Shown here piece by piece: positions 50,921 through 64,000 of a DNA stretch of 64,000 nucleotides. The notes beneath the pieces are model-generated. The model saw nothing but the letters and a program-made list of their open reading frames with translations. It searched no databases and had not been told where the DNA came from. Each line of letters starts with the position of its first letter. Positions within the stretch are counted from its first letter, which is position 1. A program made the position numbers and the translations under genes. The stretch spans positions 620,001-684,000 of the forward strand of contig JANJGN010000018.1 in assembly GCA_026770705.1 (NCBI GenBank). The letters are read 5' to 3'. The DNA is from Isurus oxyrinchus (Eukaryota).

Positions 50921-53410
50921 GCATTTCCTTCTCAGCATAATACTCTCCCTCTCATTTTGCTTCATTTCTCTCTCTTCTTCTAGCTGTTTTATTAAAACAT
51001 TCAGAACGGCATCTCGCTCACTGATGATCTTATGTCTGGCCTCCATCTGTTAAGTGGTAGTCTCACTACCACGCACTTTTTGATGAACAAATTCATAGAA
51101 TGTGTCTCCATTTCCTTATCTTCTAGACAAATGATCAGCTCATCAAATATTGTCGTATGATATAACTTCTCCAACGTTTCCTGTTTTTCCTCTGAATATC
51201 AACAGCACATAATAACTTGGATGAGATTCCAGGAAATGTGTTTCACCTTTTTTTAAAACGCTCAAAAATTATACATGTTCGCCAAAGAACCAGTTCTTCA
51301 TCTTGCATGCGGGCCTGAGTCCATCTTGGTGGTCAATCCAATGATTTTAGTGCTTGGTTCTGAGTTAACGACCAAAAATCAATCATTCACTACAGCAAAG
51401 AACATTCTGTGGAATATTTCATTATACTTTTCCCATTTTGGGCCCTGTGCTATATAAGGTAGAGTCTGATTTCAGTTCACTTAATTGTTTGTATTTTAAT
51501 TATTTCACTGCACATCTCCATGCTATCAGCCGATTTTTCCTGAGTAAGCCAGGTTGAAGGTCTAAGATTTGAAGGAAAAAGAACGTTTGAACTGCCATAA
51601 TCAGCTTAGCTCCACTAAGCTCTCAAGTGTAACATTTGTATCTTTCTTCAATGCTGGGAGAGGGCGGCACATGCTTTGACCCTGAATGATTTGCAGTCTC
51701 ATTAACGTCGCTGTTTTGAGATTTCCTATAGAGTAATTCAATTTGTAGAACTTGTTAATTCTAGCAAGCTTGACCTTGCTTAGCACTCCTGATTAGTCAT
51801 CCTGCTTTGCGTCTTCCAGCCCACAGTGCAATTCAGTACACTTCTTTACATATCTTCGGTGAGGATTCCTTTTTCACATCAATATTTCTCTTTCCCCAAT
51901 GTTACGGGCTCCACACACAGGCGTTTACCACAACTGGTCAAATTTCATTTCACTAATAGCAAAACGTTTACATGGTTTACATTTCATTATAATTTTAAAA
52001 AGGCAAACAGTTCATTGTTTTCTATAAGCTTTCATCGACTCACTCACCCAACACCATATTTAATGATCAGTATTTCTAATGATGTTATTCTCGATCAGTC
52101 ACTTTGCCACTTAGTTGGCCCGCTGTCATCACCCCGCTCCAAACTGCCAGGGTCCTGTGTTGCTGATTGTATCTCTCCTGACATTTATCCAGGCCGGTCA
52201 CATTGTCAAACAGTAGCCCACACTTCCCACTACTCTGTTATACTCAATGTGTATGTTGTCACACCAAGGTAAGGAGACACAAACTGATCGTCGTTATGCA
52301 CCCACTGTCTGTCCATTGGCAGATTTGTTTCTTGCGGATTTATAAACTAGGTTGTTGTATGTTTCCCCAATCACACAATTTGTGTGGACTATTTGTAAAT
52401 GTATGATGCTGCAAACGTTCTTCATTATTATTCTATACATTAATATTATTACAATTTATTCACGTATTCAAGCTGGGTGAGGGAAGTTTTTACGTTCCCA
52501 GACATTAAACACACATGAACACACACACACAAACACGCATACTCATACACATTCACAAAGATTCACACAAACAAACATGCACACTTATCGCATACACGCA
52601 CACACAAACACACACATTATCACAAGCAAAAATCTATACATATTACAGATGTCCGAGGGAAAAGGGCAACTTTTACAAGTCCCAATAACCATATTAAAAT
52701 GCCTAGAAATGAATATTGTTTGCCATAATGGCAGACTCCAGAAAGTTAAAATCCAATTGAAGATTCCTTCGGAGTGTAGATGCATATTCAATTGGTTCCT
52801 AGTCCAAGAGACCAGCACAAAGTTCCTCTTGAATTTTTGATGCGACTGTTGATCAAATGCTTCATTTTTTTATCAGGTGGTGACCAGTGGCTTACAGAAA
52901 GAGAAGATTTGTTTAGCAGACGGTGACCAGTGGCTAACAGAGAGGGAAAATATGAATCGACGCACTTAGAGTTGTCGCCTGCTTCCTGCTCAGCTGTGGC
53001 ATTTGTTTGTGTTATTTCCAGATTTAAAATTAATCAGCAGAATGTCTGGGTTTTCAGTTCCCAACTGTAAATGGAGATTTTGAAATGGTCTCTCGAATCA
53101 TGTGACCTCCTTCCTCCCCAAAGGGGCTTGGTGCCTAGATCTAGCTATTGTTTTGTGGGTTACACTGTCCCAGTCCTGATTCGCTGAAGCGTCTTCACCC
53201 ATGTTGCAGAGTGTGCTTTGGGAACCATTGTATGGATAGAACCAAAGGTTCCTCTGGAGAGGCAAATTAATAAAAGAGCAAAATACTTCAATTTACGTTC
53301 AATCCTTGCATTTGGAAATGGACATTGACAGTCCTTGACAATGAGATGGGGCTGTTAGCACATTTGCAGGAATAGCGATTATTGCAATTTCAGTTCACTG
53401 GCTTTATAAC
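50920..53410 (-). mobile_element. Possible Gypsy (Gmr1-like) gag remnant with adjoining LTR-like segment
   Basis: - strand LSKVKLA.. N-terminal segment, coiled-coil EEEREMKQNERE and YEFVHQK; a TGTTAC edge at ~51900 begins a non-coding LTR-like block. Heavily eroded. Confidence 0.35.
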
Positions 53411-55300
53411 CAAATTTGGTCTTTACTTCGGATTGAGCGGGTATTGAATCAGGTTAACACTCCATTCGAAATTACTTACTTCAAAATCCAGGCATTCCAA
53501 TCTCAAACAAATGCCCGAGTGAGACCCAGCGAGATACGTACAATGCAGCGGCATTCGGGGCCTAATTTCGGCTGCAGTTAGGTAGCATGTAAGAAAGCCA
53601 CGTGCAGCCTTTTGCAGCACTAACTTAGATAAATCAGATAAGCTTAAAATATTTACATGATTTAATTGGCAAGCCAGAGATATAGCGCGTGTACAATGTG
53701 TGTGCTTAGGGTTTTGGGATCGGTCTTTTATTGTCTGACCTGGAAGAGGAACAAATACGTATCGGGCCTATGGTGGAGCGTACTAGTGACGTAGTGGAAG
53801 GGTGGGTGTGACCCATAAGTTGTAGCTGAACGTCAGTCCATTGGTTACTCAAAATCTATCAGTGATTTTCATCGCTCTAAGATTTTCTGCATGGCTATTG
53901 CCCTTAAACAGTCGGAAACATACGAAATTTACTTTTTAAATTGCGTGTTCAAGTTTGTTCTCAGTACAGGGCAGCTGCCCATCAAAAGTTAGACATTCAA
54001 GGCAATTGGATTCCCTGGGAGATTCCTGGTGGACGGCTGGGTCAACCACAGAACATATTAGGCAACCTGCATCCCCCGGCCCTCCAAGATGCAATGCCCT
54101 GGGGATGGTTATCTGCAGTTCAAGTCTATATAAAATGTGTGTAAGCTTCCAATTGTCTGTCAGTGGCACACTTCTTTTTCAATGGAAACTGCTGTTGGAA
54201 ACTTCATCGTTTTTCATAAGCAAAATCTGTTTACAAAAAAGGAGAGGGATAGAATAAAGTGTAGACAGCTTTGCTTTTTCTTTCTTGTCTCATTGTCATT
54301 CTTTTGCCATCTGGGGATCAGATGACTTTCGCTCTTTTTCTTTTGTTTCCTATTGTCTTGAATAGAAGACACACATGTTGTTACAGCCAGCAGAGGGACA
54401 TATCGAAATAGAGTGCTTTCCTCACTGCCTGTACAAATAACTTTAGTTTTGAATAAGTTTTTTAAAAGTGCAATTTTTGCCAAGTCTTTCTAATCCCCTA
54501 TTTAGTAAATGCAACTTAACTAATGCTCCACAGAAAACTCGAGATAGGATTAATTTAGATGGTTAATTAATTTTACACGTTGAAAACCAGGGGTAACGAA
54601 CGAACGACGCATCTCATAAAGAGATAATCACGATAATGGTGGTTGTAAGAGTGGTGCTGGTGACACCAGGAGGCGGGGGTGTGTGACAGGGGTTGGCGGT
54701 GTTAAGTAGCTGTAGGGAGGAAAGGGGTTTACAAAATGAGAGCCAGAAAATTATTATTTCACATGAGTTCCAGAATATAATGTCAGATTCCAGAGAGCAT
54801 TTTTTAATCCTAGTGTTCAGGTCGAAAGAGCTCCTTGTCGGATAAATGGAATGAAAACCCTTGAAAGGAATCATTCTGCTGTACGATGTATTTTCTACAT
54901 TTCAGCCCTTTAGGAGGTGATGATCAGAGAGATATAATAATAAACAGGCTTACTGAAATTGAGCGCCGTTAGCCAACTTACTTTGCCGCAGTTCCATTCA
55001 GTCGATGTTAAGAAAGCAAACTGGCTGTGAGACTCAAAGATGAAATGTTAAAACTTCCTAAAGGCCATTAGATTGGGTCATGTAGCCTGGCCGGTCAGTG
55101 GTTAGTTGTAGTTTATTAATTAGTTTATGTGTTCCTGGCCTGAATTCCATTGTGCCTCCTTTGGAGAGTAGCGAGTTCTTTATTGACAACTCTCCAGTGT
55201 AATGAGTTTCACTTTCCCGGTTTTTCTGCTTTTCAAGATTGTGCAACTAGTTTGTCTGCACCACCTCTGCTTCTGCAGATCACAAGGGGTTTGTGCAACT

Positions 55301-55530
55301 CAAACAAAAATAGAATTAATTGGAAAAACTCAGCAGGTCTGGCAGCATCGGTGGAGAAGAAAAGAGTTGACGTTTCAAGTCCTCAGTCCTCAGAATTGTT
55401 GAAGGGTCATAAGGAGTTGAAACGTCAACTCTTTTCTTCTCCACCGATGCTGCCAGACCTGCTGAGTTTTCCAGGTAATTCTGTTTTTGTTTTGGATTTC
55501 CAGCATCCGCAGTTTTTTTTTTGTTTTTAT
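55301..55530. repeat. Inverted pair of Penelope-like terminal repeats forming a long hairpin
   Basis: 55325-55378 is the exact reverse complement of 55417-55470 (54 bp); imperfect extension to ~55302 and ~55492. Confidence 0.85.
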
Positions 55531-56010
55531 CTCTGGGTTTTGTGCGGTTGGCCTTGAAATTCCAGAAGCTGAAGAAATATTTATCTTGTCCTTGAAATGG
55601 ATGGGGTTAGCTGCCAAAAATGACCGGGAACAGACAGCAAGTGACTTTTAGCAAACGAATTAATTTGTATTTTATGGAGTAATTCTAGTGTGCTATAGTT
55701 GTACTTGTGGTTTTATGAATCAATGTTAGCTTTAAAGTTTAAACTTGATTTTTTTTCTGTATTTATGTGTTAATAAAATGTCAAGCAGATATTTGTCTCC
55801 ATGTTAAAATGTGACGGCATTTCTAATGTTTTTTAACGGCTCAGACAACACGCTAAGCGCACACAGAAGCAAAGGAACTGGTCTGTTGTCTAGCGATGAG
55901 GCTCAGGGTTCCAGGCCTCTCCCACAGATAAAAAGGGAACAAATTAGAAACAACAGTTATTGTTCAATTTGTTATGAAGGATGCTGCCATAGAGGGACTT
56001 TTGTAAAAGG

Positions 56011-56582
56011 TCAGACAGCCAGTCTGAAGCTCACTAATATGTGTCTGATGGTGAGAACGTTGAGAAGCAAAATCAGGACAAATGGGATGCACGGTGTTAG
56101 AACGTGATGGAGGAACTCAAGTTTTATATAGAACAGAGAGATCTGAACACCGAATATGGCATAACGAAACGAAAGGAAATTCCTCAGCAAATAACGACCA
56201 TTGAACAAAAAATAGAAGAAAATGATTTTTTTAAACAGATCAGCACAGTCACTATTCCCAGAACCACAGCCGCTATTTTGTTGCTACGATACTGAATTTT
56301 CAGCTTTGGGCAATAATTGACCACAATCCATCAAAGGTGAATGTGACGGTGAACCAGACAGAACAGTGGGTGACTGCATTAAGCAGGACCGTGTGGATAT
56401 TACAGACGGGGATGGACTTCAGGAAACTAAATTATTCATTTAAAACAATGGGAATGTGTCTTAATATCAGATCGAGGATAACAATCAGCAAATTAGCTAT
56501 TGCCATGGCCATGAGGTAGCAGGAGAGGCATTTGGTCAGCCACAGTTTTTGAACTTTAATATCACTATTGTGATCACGTTTT
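56011..56582 (-). pseudogene. Second GPR139-like GPCR pseudogene (TM1-TM5, 3' part lost)
   Basis: - strand acceptor ttctgtacag, then NVITIVILKFKNCG/KCLSCYLMAMAIANLLIVILDLILRHIP...PVCNIHTVLLNAVTHCSVWFTVTFTFD and HHVLTPCIPFVLILLLNVLTIRHILVS; stops and frameshifts; collinear with 39127-39670. Confidence 0.85.
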
Positions 56583-57714
56583 CTGTACAGAACAACATAA
56601 TGAAACTTAAAAGCATGTTGATGAAGATGGTGAAGATTGAGGAGTTGTGTGTATTGTCAAACGTGTGATTGCTCCCAATGATTTATCAAAATAAATGGCC
56701 AAAAATAACACATACAAAGTTTTTTGATACTTTGGAAGGAGGTCGACATCAAATAACATGCACTGTAACAGGGGAGGAGGAGAGGGAGAGGCAATTGTGG
56801 TTCTAGACGTAATAGGACTTCACTTAGATGATAAGAGCGAATTGATAACTGGAGTACTCAGGTTTAATTGGAGACGTCATGAGTGACGTAGTGTCATGGG
56901 CGATAGGAAGAACCTGAGGTGTTGAGTGTGTTCCGGAAACGAGAATGTAGTAGGCTAAATTTTCCTTTTCCTCTCTTCTCTAATGAATGAACGCAGATAT
57001 GTTTCTTAGTAGATGTTTTAATCTCCGCCAGTGCTGTAGTTTTCAGAACAATCGCATATAAGACTTTCTGGTAATTTTATGAAAACATATGAAAAGATTA
57101 TCATTTAGTATTACAAAACCAGAAAAGCAAAACTTAAGCAACCACTCCTTAAATATAGAGGCAGACAAGTAAGAACATTTTTTTCATAAAAATGTGATAT
57201 GCACGTTGATTTCTAAAAAAAAATAATCGGACATAAACAGGTCACATTTCAGCATTCGGTCAGGTTGCGCTTGAAAACTTTGCAGGGCTGAAGGGTTAAT
57301 TGTTCCTTTCCTACTGAAAAATAATCTCTGTTGCGGAATGCTTAAACAAAAATCCGATTCAGCATGTCCGTTAACAAATGCTTTATACTGTTATCCTAAA
57401 ATGTCTCCCTGTACTGTGACAATGGTGTCAGGTTTCCATTGTGTTCACAAAAGAACATTCACGTCATGAAAACCTCCCAGTCTGTCCTCAATTCTCCCAA
57501 CAATTCCTCGGGAACGTGAGGTGACAGTAACAGACGTATTGGGAGAAGAAGACGGGGGGACAGGGGTGTTGTGGGTGGTAGTGAAGGGAGCCAGAAGTGA
57601 CAGAGGAGGCCGAGGTCACACGTCCAGCTGAAATATCCTCAGCTACAGAAAACTTGGCCCTCATTCAATTGGGGAGAATTGAAAGGGAGCTCCTCCCCTA
57701 ATGTGGGAATTACA

Positions 57715-58985
57715 AAGACACAGCCCAATCACACACAAAAGAGCATCTGCGCCTATGAACTCACATAAACACAAACATGCTGACACACAAATATGCGGAC
57801 TTAAATAATCACACAAAAGCACCCACAAACATACACTAGAACAAATGGAAACACAAGTCAGAAAAACATGCATGAACGCACATAATCGAACAATCACACA
57901 GACACACACACACAATCACACACACACACAAACACACGCACAAATAAAGGCACGGACAGAAATACACAGAAATTCATACACACACAGTCGTGCACGCGCA
58001 GACGCAAACACACACAGACACACACACAAACACAAAGACAAACAACCTGAAACAATTTCATGGGGAAATATGGATTTAAACACACACACAGACATAAAAT
58101 TGAATATTTATGAACAAGAGCAAAAAATGCAAACTGAAACAGGTGCACATACCGATAAACATACAAACATAGTCGCACACAGGCAGAATCACACACACAC
58201 ACACACACTCACACAGAAAATCAGACGCTCTCTCACACACGCATGCGGTGAATCAAACAAAATAAATCATTGCACAAATGCTTTCAGACAAAGATGTTCG
58301 CCTTAAAACATGCTTCTATCAACACACAAGCAGACATACACACAACAAGGCACACATAGGCATACATGCAGGCACACATGTAGCCTTACACTGGCATGCA
58401 CACATACATAACAAAACAAACAAGATCAACATACTTACAGACGCAAACAGATACACACAGCCACACAGACACACACAGACACAAATACACAAACACACAA
58501 ACGCACCTGCACACACAATCATATGCATAAGTAATGGTGCACATGCATACGCACAATCAGCAGCACCCATGGAATAACGCATGCACATACAGAGTCACTC
58601 ACATGTACATTCAGTAACACCAGCATGCATAGAACAGCACCATTGCTATGCACGCATGCAAAAAGATTTACATATTCAAATGAACCCACACTCAGTCACT
58701 GACAAAAACATAAAAGCATACACTGATATGCACAGGCACGAAGGCACAAAAAGGAATAACATGCACAATCTCACAGATATTCATGCGAACAAACACTCAG
58801 AAAGTCACACACACACACGAAATTGTGGACATATTCACATGTACGCACGCTCTCACCAACGCACATATGCATGCACAGTCCCTCACAGGTACAGACACTA
58901 ACACTGAAACACATAATTCACACAGATATACACAAAAAAAATCACATTCAAACACACACACACACAAACACAGAAACACACAATT
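57715..58985. repeat. CA-rich low-complexity tract
   Basis: Degenerate (CA)n throughout; GT-rich on the sense strand of the adjacent GPCR pseudogene. Confidence 0.9.
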
Positions 58986-58999
58986 TTTATATATTTCCC

Positions 59000-61900
59000 A
59001 AGGCATGCTCCTGAAAGTTTTAGCGCCAAAAAGGGTCATCATGTTCCCTAATGGGTCCAGATATCCTCCGAGGTCGCGCGAGACAGCAGAACCCCACTTC
59101 AGGAAGCACGTCCTAGACACCCTCCTGACAGTTTGGGGCCACACCCTGGAACATCCTGTTCACGGAATGATCCAGGTTACCTGCGTCACCACAAACATAA
59201 TTGGGGGAGTATAGAGGGGTTGATGAGCCCCAGAGCTGACCATCAGAAGACATGGATTTCGTGTCAGAAACGCTTCAATGCCCTTCTTCCCTCCACCGAG
59301 ATGACTGAAAAGCCTCGAATCTGCTGACAGCCTGGCATTGCTGCCTAAAGCCTCTTGTGCCTCTATAAGGGCAAATGGATCATGATGTTTAGCGAGCTAC
59401 AGAAGCCTTTGCCCAAAGCCATGGTGAAACAAGCTATGTCAATGCTAAAGAATGGCAATGCGTAAAATTGACTATAGATCTTGAGGAGTAATCTCCAATC
59501 ACCGTGACTCGAAAAGGTATCACTTCACCCATCGCCGGTGTCCGTACAGGAGCAGAGGGCATGTGACAGCGGGTAGGTATAGTGGATTGGGGTTGGCGTC
59601 CCAAATCCCTGATATATTGGACCCGAGGAGGAGGGAACAATGCATTTTGCCAGAATGCCAACCACATAACCTATGGGTGACAATGATTCCCCTATTCCAT
59701 GTTTTAAGAACCCGAGCTTTGATGCAGTAGTTCAGGTGTTGACGTTGGAAGCTAATGGAACTGATGTTGCTGTGGATGTTGCTGGGATTTGTGGTTGGCT
59801 TCATGGGTCAGAATGGAAATGTGCAAATCCACCACAGCCCTGTCCCAGAAAAGAGTCTACACTCAGGCATGAAGAGCATTTGGATATAACCGAGGAAGCA
59901 CCATCTCCTTCATCACGCTCTGCCCGCATCAGCCCAGAAACATACCTCAGTATGCACAAATTTAGAAATCAAATGAGGAGAACCAGGTGATGAGCACAGC
60001 AGCAATGTACAATATGAGGTATCAGAGGCAGAATTTTCTGTGCTAACCTTCGGTCCTCTACAGTCACATCCTCCCCCAGGGAAGGAATTGCCATTCTTAC
60101 CAAACTGACCGACATTTGACTGTGTCGCTACCGTGTTACGCCACCACCCTGAGGACAACATTCAGATGGACTTGGTAGGTTGTGAAATGCCAATGGAAAA
60201 ATGATGGATAAATGCCACGACCTTTGTCCTTTGAACTCCCACCCCTATATTGCAGCCTTTGCTTCATTCGCTTCCAATACAGTCTTTGTATGAAGCGATG
60301 CTGGATGAAAAGTTCTCTGCCCAAAAGGATATCCTGGATGCACTGCTGCATTCAGCTGCGCCCACAAGCCCTGAAGTCAATTTATTTTTTCATGGCCCGC
60401 CCTGTTCTTCCCATCCCCAGTTTGTGAAGAATGTGTGTGGCCACGCTGCTGCTCTACTGAGTTCGAGCCTGCCAGCCCGCCTATGAAAGGTTTTGCAGGG
60501 AAACTAACCAGATGCTTGGTCCAATTGGAAGTGGCATACCCGTAACAACCACGAGGCCCGGAGTTGAAATGAGATGTTGGATCTTGTCGGATGCTGCCCT
60601 GAACAGATGGACACTTCCGTTTGATAGAATGACTGACCCCTGAACGTTCAATAAAGCACCAAGGCATCGTGTGGATGGTGGTTTCAATGGCCCTAGATTT
60701 CAATCATTTGCTGTGTGTACAGACATCACACGATCTTAGTGCTGTTCTCGACAAGGTTCTGGGGTGTAGGAAGAGAGTGTTATTCACCACCTCCTGTAAT
60801 GACCACTAACAAAGTCTGCGAGCTGTTCATAAGTGCACAAGCCAATACAAACAGCAACCGCTGCGAAAGGAACATCAGCTCGATGAAAGACTCTCTGTGT
60901 TCAGTTGAAAACTGTTGCTTCTGCAGTGCAGAGCGCTTTCAGTGACTGAATGTTGCAGATTGGCACATTCCCATATCCATGACTACGCACCACATAGGGT
61001 GGACAGCTGAAAATTATAACTTTGCCAGCTCTGTGATTCAGGTTAACTCTTGGGCTGGCAATTAAGGAGAACATGTTGTACCTTGGTAAGCTGCCTGCTG
61101 CCTTTACAAATTCATTGCAAAATAATTCTGGTCCTGCATTTAAAATAAGATGACAGCTATTATCCCACTTCGGCATTTTGTTGATTTAAAATATATGGCT
61201 AAATAAATAACTGACTGGCGAGGGCCTCCATGAACCCTCTTCATCTCCGTGCACCCATCCGTGCAAATTTGGGGTTTGGTGTGAACATCCGAGGAATTCC
61301 CGAATGATGAGGACAAAACGAGTTTTGAAAGCTGACAGGGATACAGTCGCAGTTCTGAAGCTGTCTCTAGTGATGTTCAGAGCGTAGCTGCATAGTCAAA
61401 GTGTGGCGTATTTTCTGTTTATGTGTAGAAAACTTAAAAACGCAATCGACCACTTCCTATACCTGTGGAAATCAAGCTAGGGAGTCTTGCTCTGTCACAC
61501 AAAGCGGCTGAGATGCTGTGTCACTGTCCTGAGAAAAGAACTAGGCCACACTAGTGATGAGGGCAAATGTCAGAGCGTGGGTTCCAGTGTCTACAACTGA
61601 CTACGAGATGCCACATGAATCTTTGGAGTTGGACAGTTACAAAAATATTAAGTGCCACAATGAGCACAAATGTTAACAACAATTCGTATCCCCGGAGTTA
61701 TCTTTCCTGTAGGTGTTTGTGGAGAAGGAGATTTTCTGCCTCCAATACCAGTAAATTTCTGCCTCCAATAATGCAGCCAATACCAGTTCACCTGTTGCAG
61801 TGGTTTCTGCTTGAATCTAAAAACTTCATTCTTACCCGACTCAACGTTGAACTTCATCTCACCTATTGTCACTTTGAACTTGTACACGATGGCTTGCATG

Positions 61901-63800
61901 TTGTTACTGCTGCTCCTGAGCCTCTACGACTGAGAGGGAACCGGATGCAACACCGATGACCCAATGTGCCATTATATAAGATTAGTTGAGTGTTGCAGGA
62001 TTTAAGGGAGTTTTGCAACCCTGTTGCTGGCAAATATGTGGCTGGGTGTGGGCTTAACTGATACCTCGGTCACCACAGCCCCTCTCCCAGCAGAGATTTA
62101 GTGCCCAAAAGCAAGCGATGAATTTTGTGTGGACTCAATTATCTATTTGATAAAAAAATTCAGCATAATATAAAGCCACATTGTGATGATTCCCAGCACC
62201 ATTCCCATTTCCAAGAAGACCTGAAACTCCGGTCTTGGGTGTACAAACAAAACCTTTGAATGTGACTAGAAACTGCAGGCCAGTCCCCTCCAGTGAAATT
62301 CAGCAGTCTTCCAGAAGCCATGCTGCAGGCACTGAGGAAGGTCTATGTTGAAGAACTATACAAGTCAACCGAACACACAGGACATGGGCTAAATTATGAC
62401 ACAAATGTAGATATGTTGCTGGCCGTTCATCTTAATGAAAACGGTTTCAATTCATGATTTTTTTTACAGTGTGTTGGATTAGGGGAAGCTGTGATGGGAC
62501 GTCTCGGATGGATGTAACAGTGGAGAGTAGGGGATCCATGCTGGGAAAGTGAAGTGATGTACGGGAGACGGAAACTAAGCAGGCACTCTTCTACACACCA
62601 TCCATGTCTAAGGTATCCTGAAATGTCTCCCCTGCCTCCTCAGATTCTTCTTGACTGTGTCATTCTCATCCATGGTGACAATCCCTTTGTCCTCATGAAG
62701 ATCATGATATTAAGGATAAAGTGGAAGACCATGAACTTGAACACGTGCTCCAGCATGCAAAGGAGGGTTCACTCTGAGGGGTTTGAATCAACATTTATTC
62801 TCCATTGCACATATGGTCTCCTCCACGATGCTCCTCGGGATTTCATTGCTCTCGTTATCAATGTGACAGTTTCACATGTTTTTATTGGATGCGGGAAGTG
62901 TGATGGGGTGTTTTGAGTGGGGCCATGTAGCGAGAAAACAGGCATTAGCCCCAGGAGGCCACCCTCTACTTCTCCGTGGAGGTCTGAATACGGTTGCTTG
63001 GATGATTGCTGAGGAACCAATGTAACTTGGCTGCTGCCAGGATAGTGGGCATTCAGTATGATGAAATGTACATGGCGACACATCAGCTGTACGTTATGCC
63101 TCCTCATCGCCACCTTCTCAAAGGCACCAAACCAGGCATTCCAATATCCATGAAAAAATATAACAGGTAACATTTTCGGAGTGAGAATTATTTCAGTACT
63201 TGTACCTTTCCCAATTTACATGGGTGCCCAGAAACACCACGTACACCATCGGGAACCCTGCTACTCTGGGAGGACCATGGGACCGCTTAACCTGCTTCTC
63301 CCCACTGAGGGAAAAATTATGTGTTTACCAAACCCGGCATAGATGGTCTCCGTCACCTCGTGGATACATCAATGAGCAGCATATTGAGAGATGATAGATA
63401 TGTCACACTTCTAGTTTGGAAAGTTTCCCGATCCAGAGAAGTTCATGAAATTTTGAACTGAATGCTTACTGACATCCTGGCCCTCGCCCTGGTGTGACGC
63501 TCTAGGGTGTCTTGAATCAGGTCGCCTCTTGGGTTTGGTATAGCTTTCGAGTTTGATGCAGAAGAGCCCAACTACTCGTCATTTTTTTAATGAGCTTCCC
63601 TCTCTGCTGCATCTGCTGCAGCATTTCAAAAATCTGAATGCACTGTTAACACAGTCCCCTCTTACCGATTCCAGAACTTGGTCAACAAACACTCTGTCCT
63701 TCCTGAATTAATGCAGAAGCTCACAGCCGATCCTTCAGCGAACCATTCACAGCCCCTAGACTTTACTTTTTCCAATAAATAATTTATTTAAGAAGGAAAG
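59000..63800. mobile_element. Decayed Harbinger transposon 3 (Myb/SANT on + at ~59060-59330; transposase on - at ~62550-63400)
   Basis: AEPHFRKHVLDTLL...WGSIEGLMS...KTWISCQKRFNALL (Myb/SANT); ORF 62769-63173(-) HNVQLMC...AHYPGSS...SS...GGLLG (HARBI1-like). Termini not resolved. Confidence 0.75.
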
Positions 63801-64000
63801 GCATGCAGAATTATTGGAATCAATAGTTAGACGTGATTGCATGGAGTGGCGAGGCAATGGAGCAAACGAATCGTAAGAATGATGACATTAAAATTGAGGA
63901 GCTGTCTAATCGTTATTAGTGTCGGTCTGTAAGCAGAGGGATGGTGGGTGAACGGGATTTGTTCTGATTTAAGATAAGGACAGCACAGCTTTGGATGAAC

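Noticed and set aside
55301-55492. miRNA precursor or terminator
   Set aside because: Arms match a dispersed retroelement terminus (related copy at ~16.9 kb); no independent miRNA evidence.
57661-59014. ORFs of 100-150 aa rich in H/T or C/V
   Set aside because: Artefacts of the CA-rich tract.

Overview
Eukaryotic, repeat-dominated vertebrate DNA, most likely a shark or other chondrichthyan. This rests on CR1 LINEs, shark-type SINE/LINE 3' tails, Penelope-type terminal repeats and GPR139-like GPCR copies. I see no intact protein-coding gene. From left to right the window holds: (1) a decayed provirus at 2.7-8.2 kb with gag, protease and RT, then directly an env-like region that looks F-type, a polypurine tract and a TGTTA...TAACA 3' LTR, with RNase H/integrase deleted; (2) LINE fragments and a Gmr1-type Gypsy fragment with integrase before RT; (3) an eroded ~31-bp satellite split by later insertions; (4) three decayed Harbinger transposons, each with a DDE transposase and a Myb/SANT partner; (5) a near full-length CR1; (6) two convergent GPR139-like GPCR pseudogenes, each preceded by a homologous ~190-bp non-coding block and a long GT-rich tract, suggesting an old inverted duplication of a gene cassette; (7) a perfect 54-bp-arm hairpin built from Penelope-like termini. 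There are two N gaps. Family assignments come from manual motif recognition, not database searches, and repeat boundaries are approximate.
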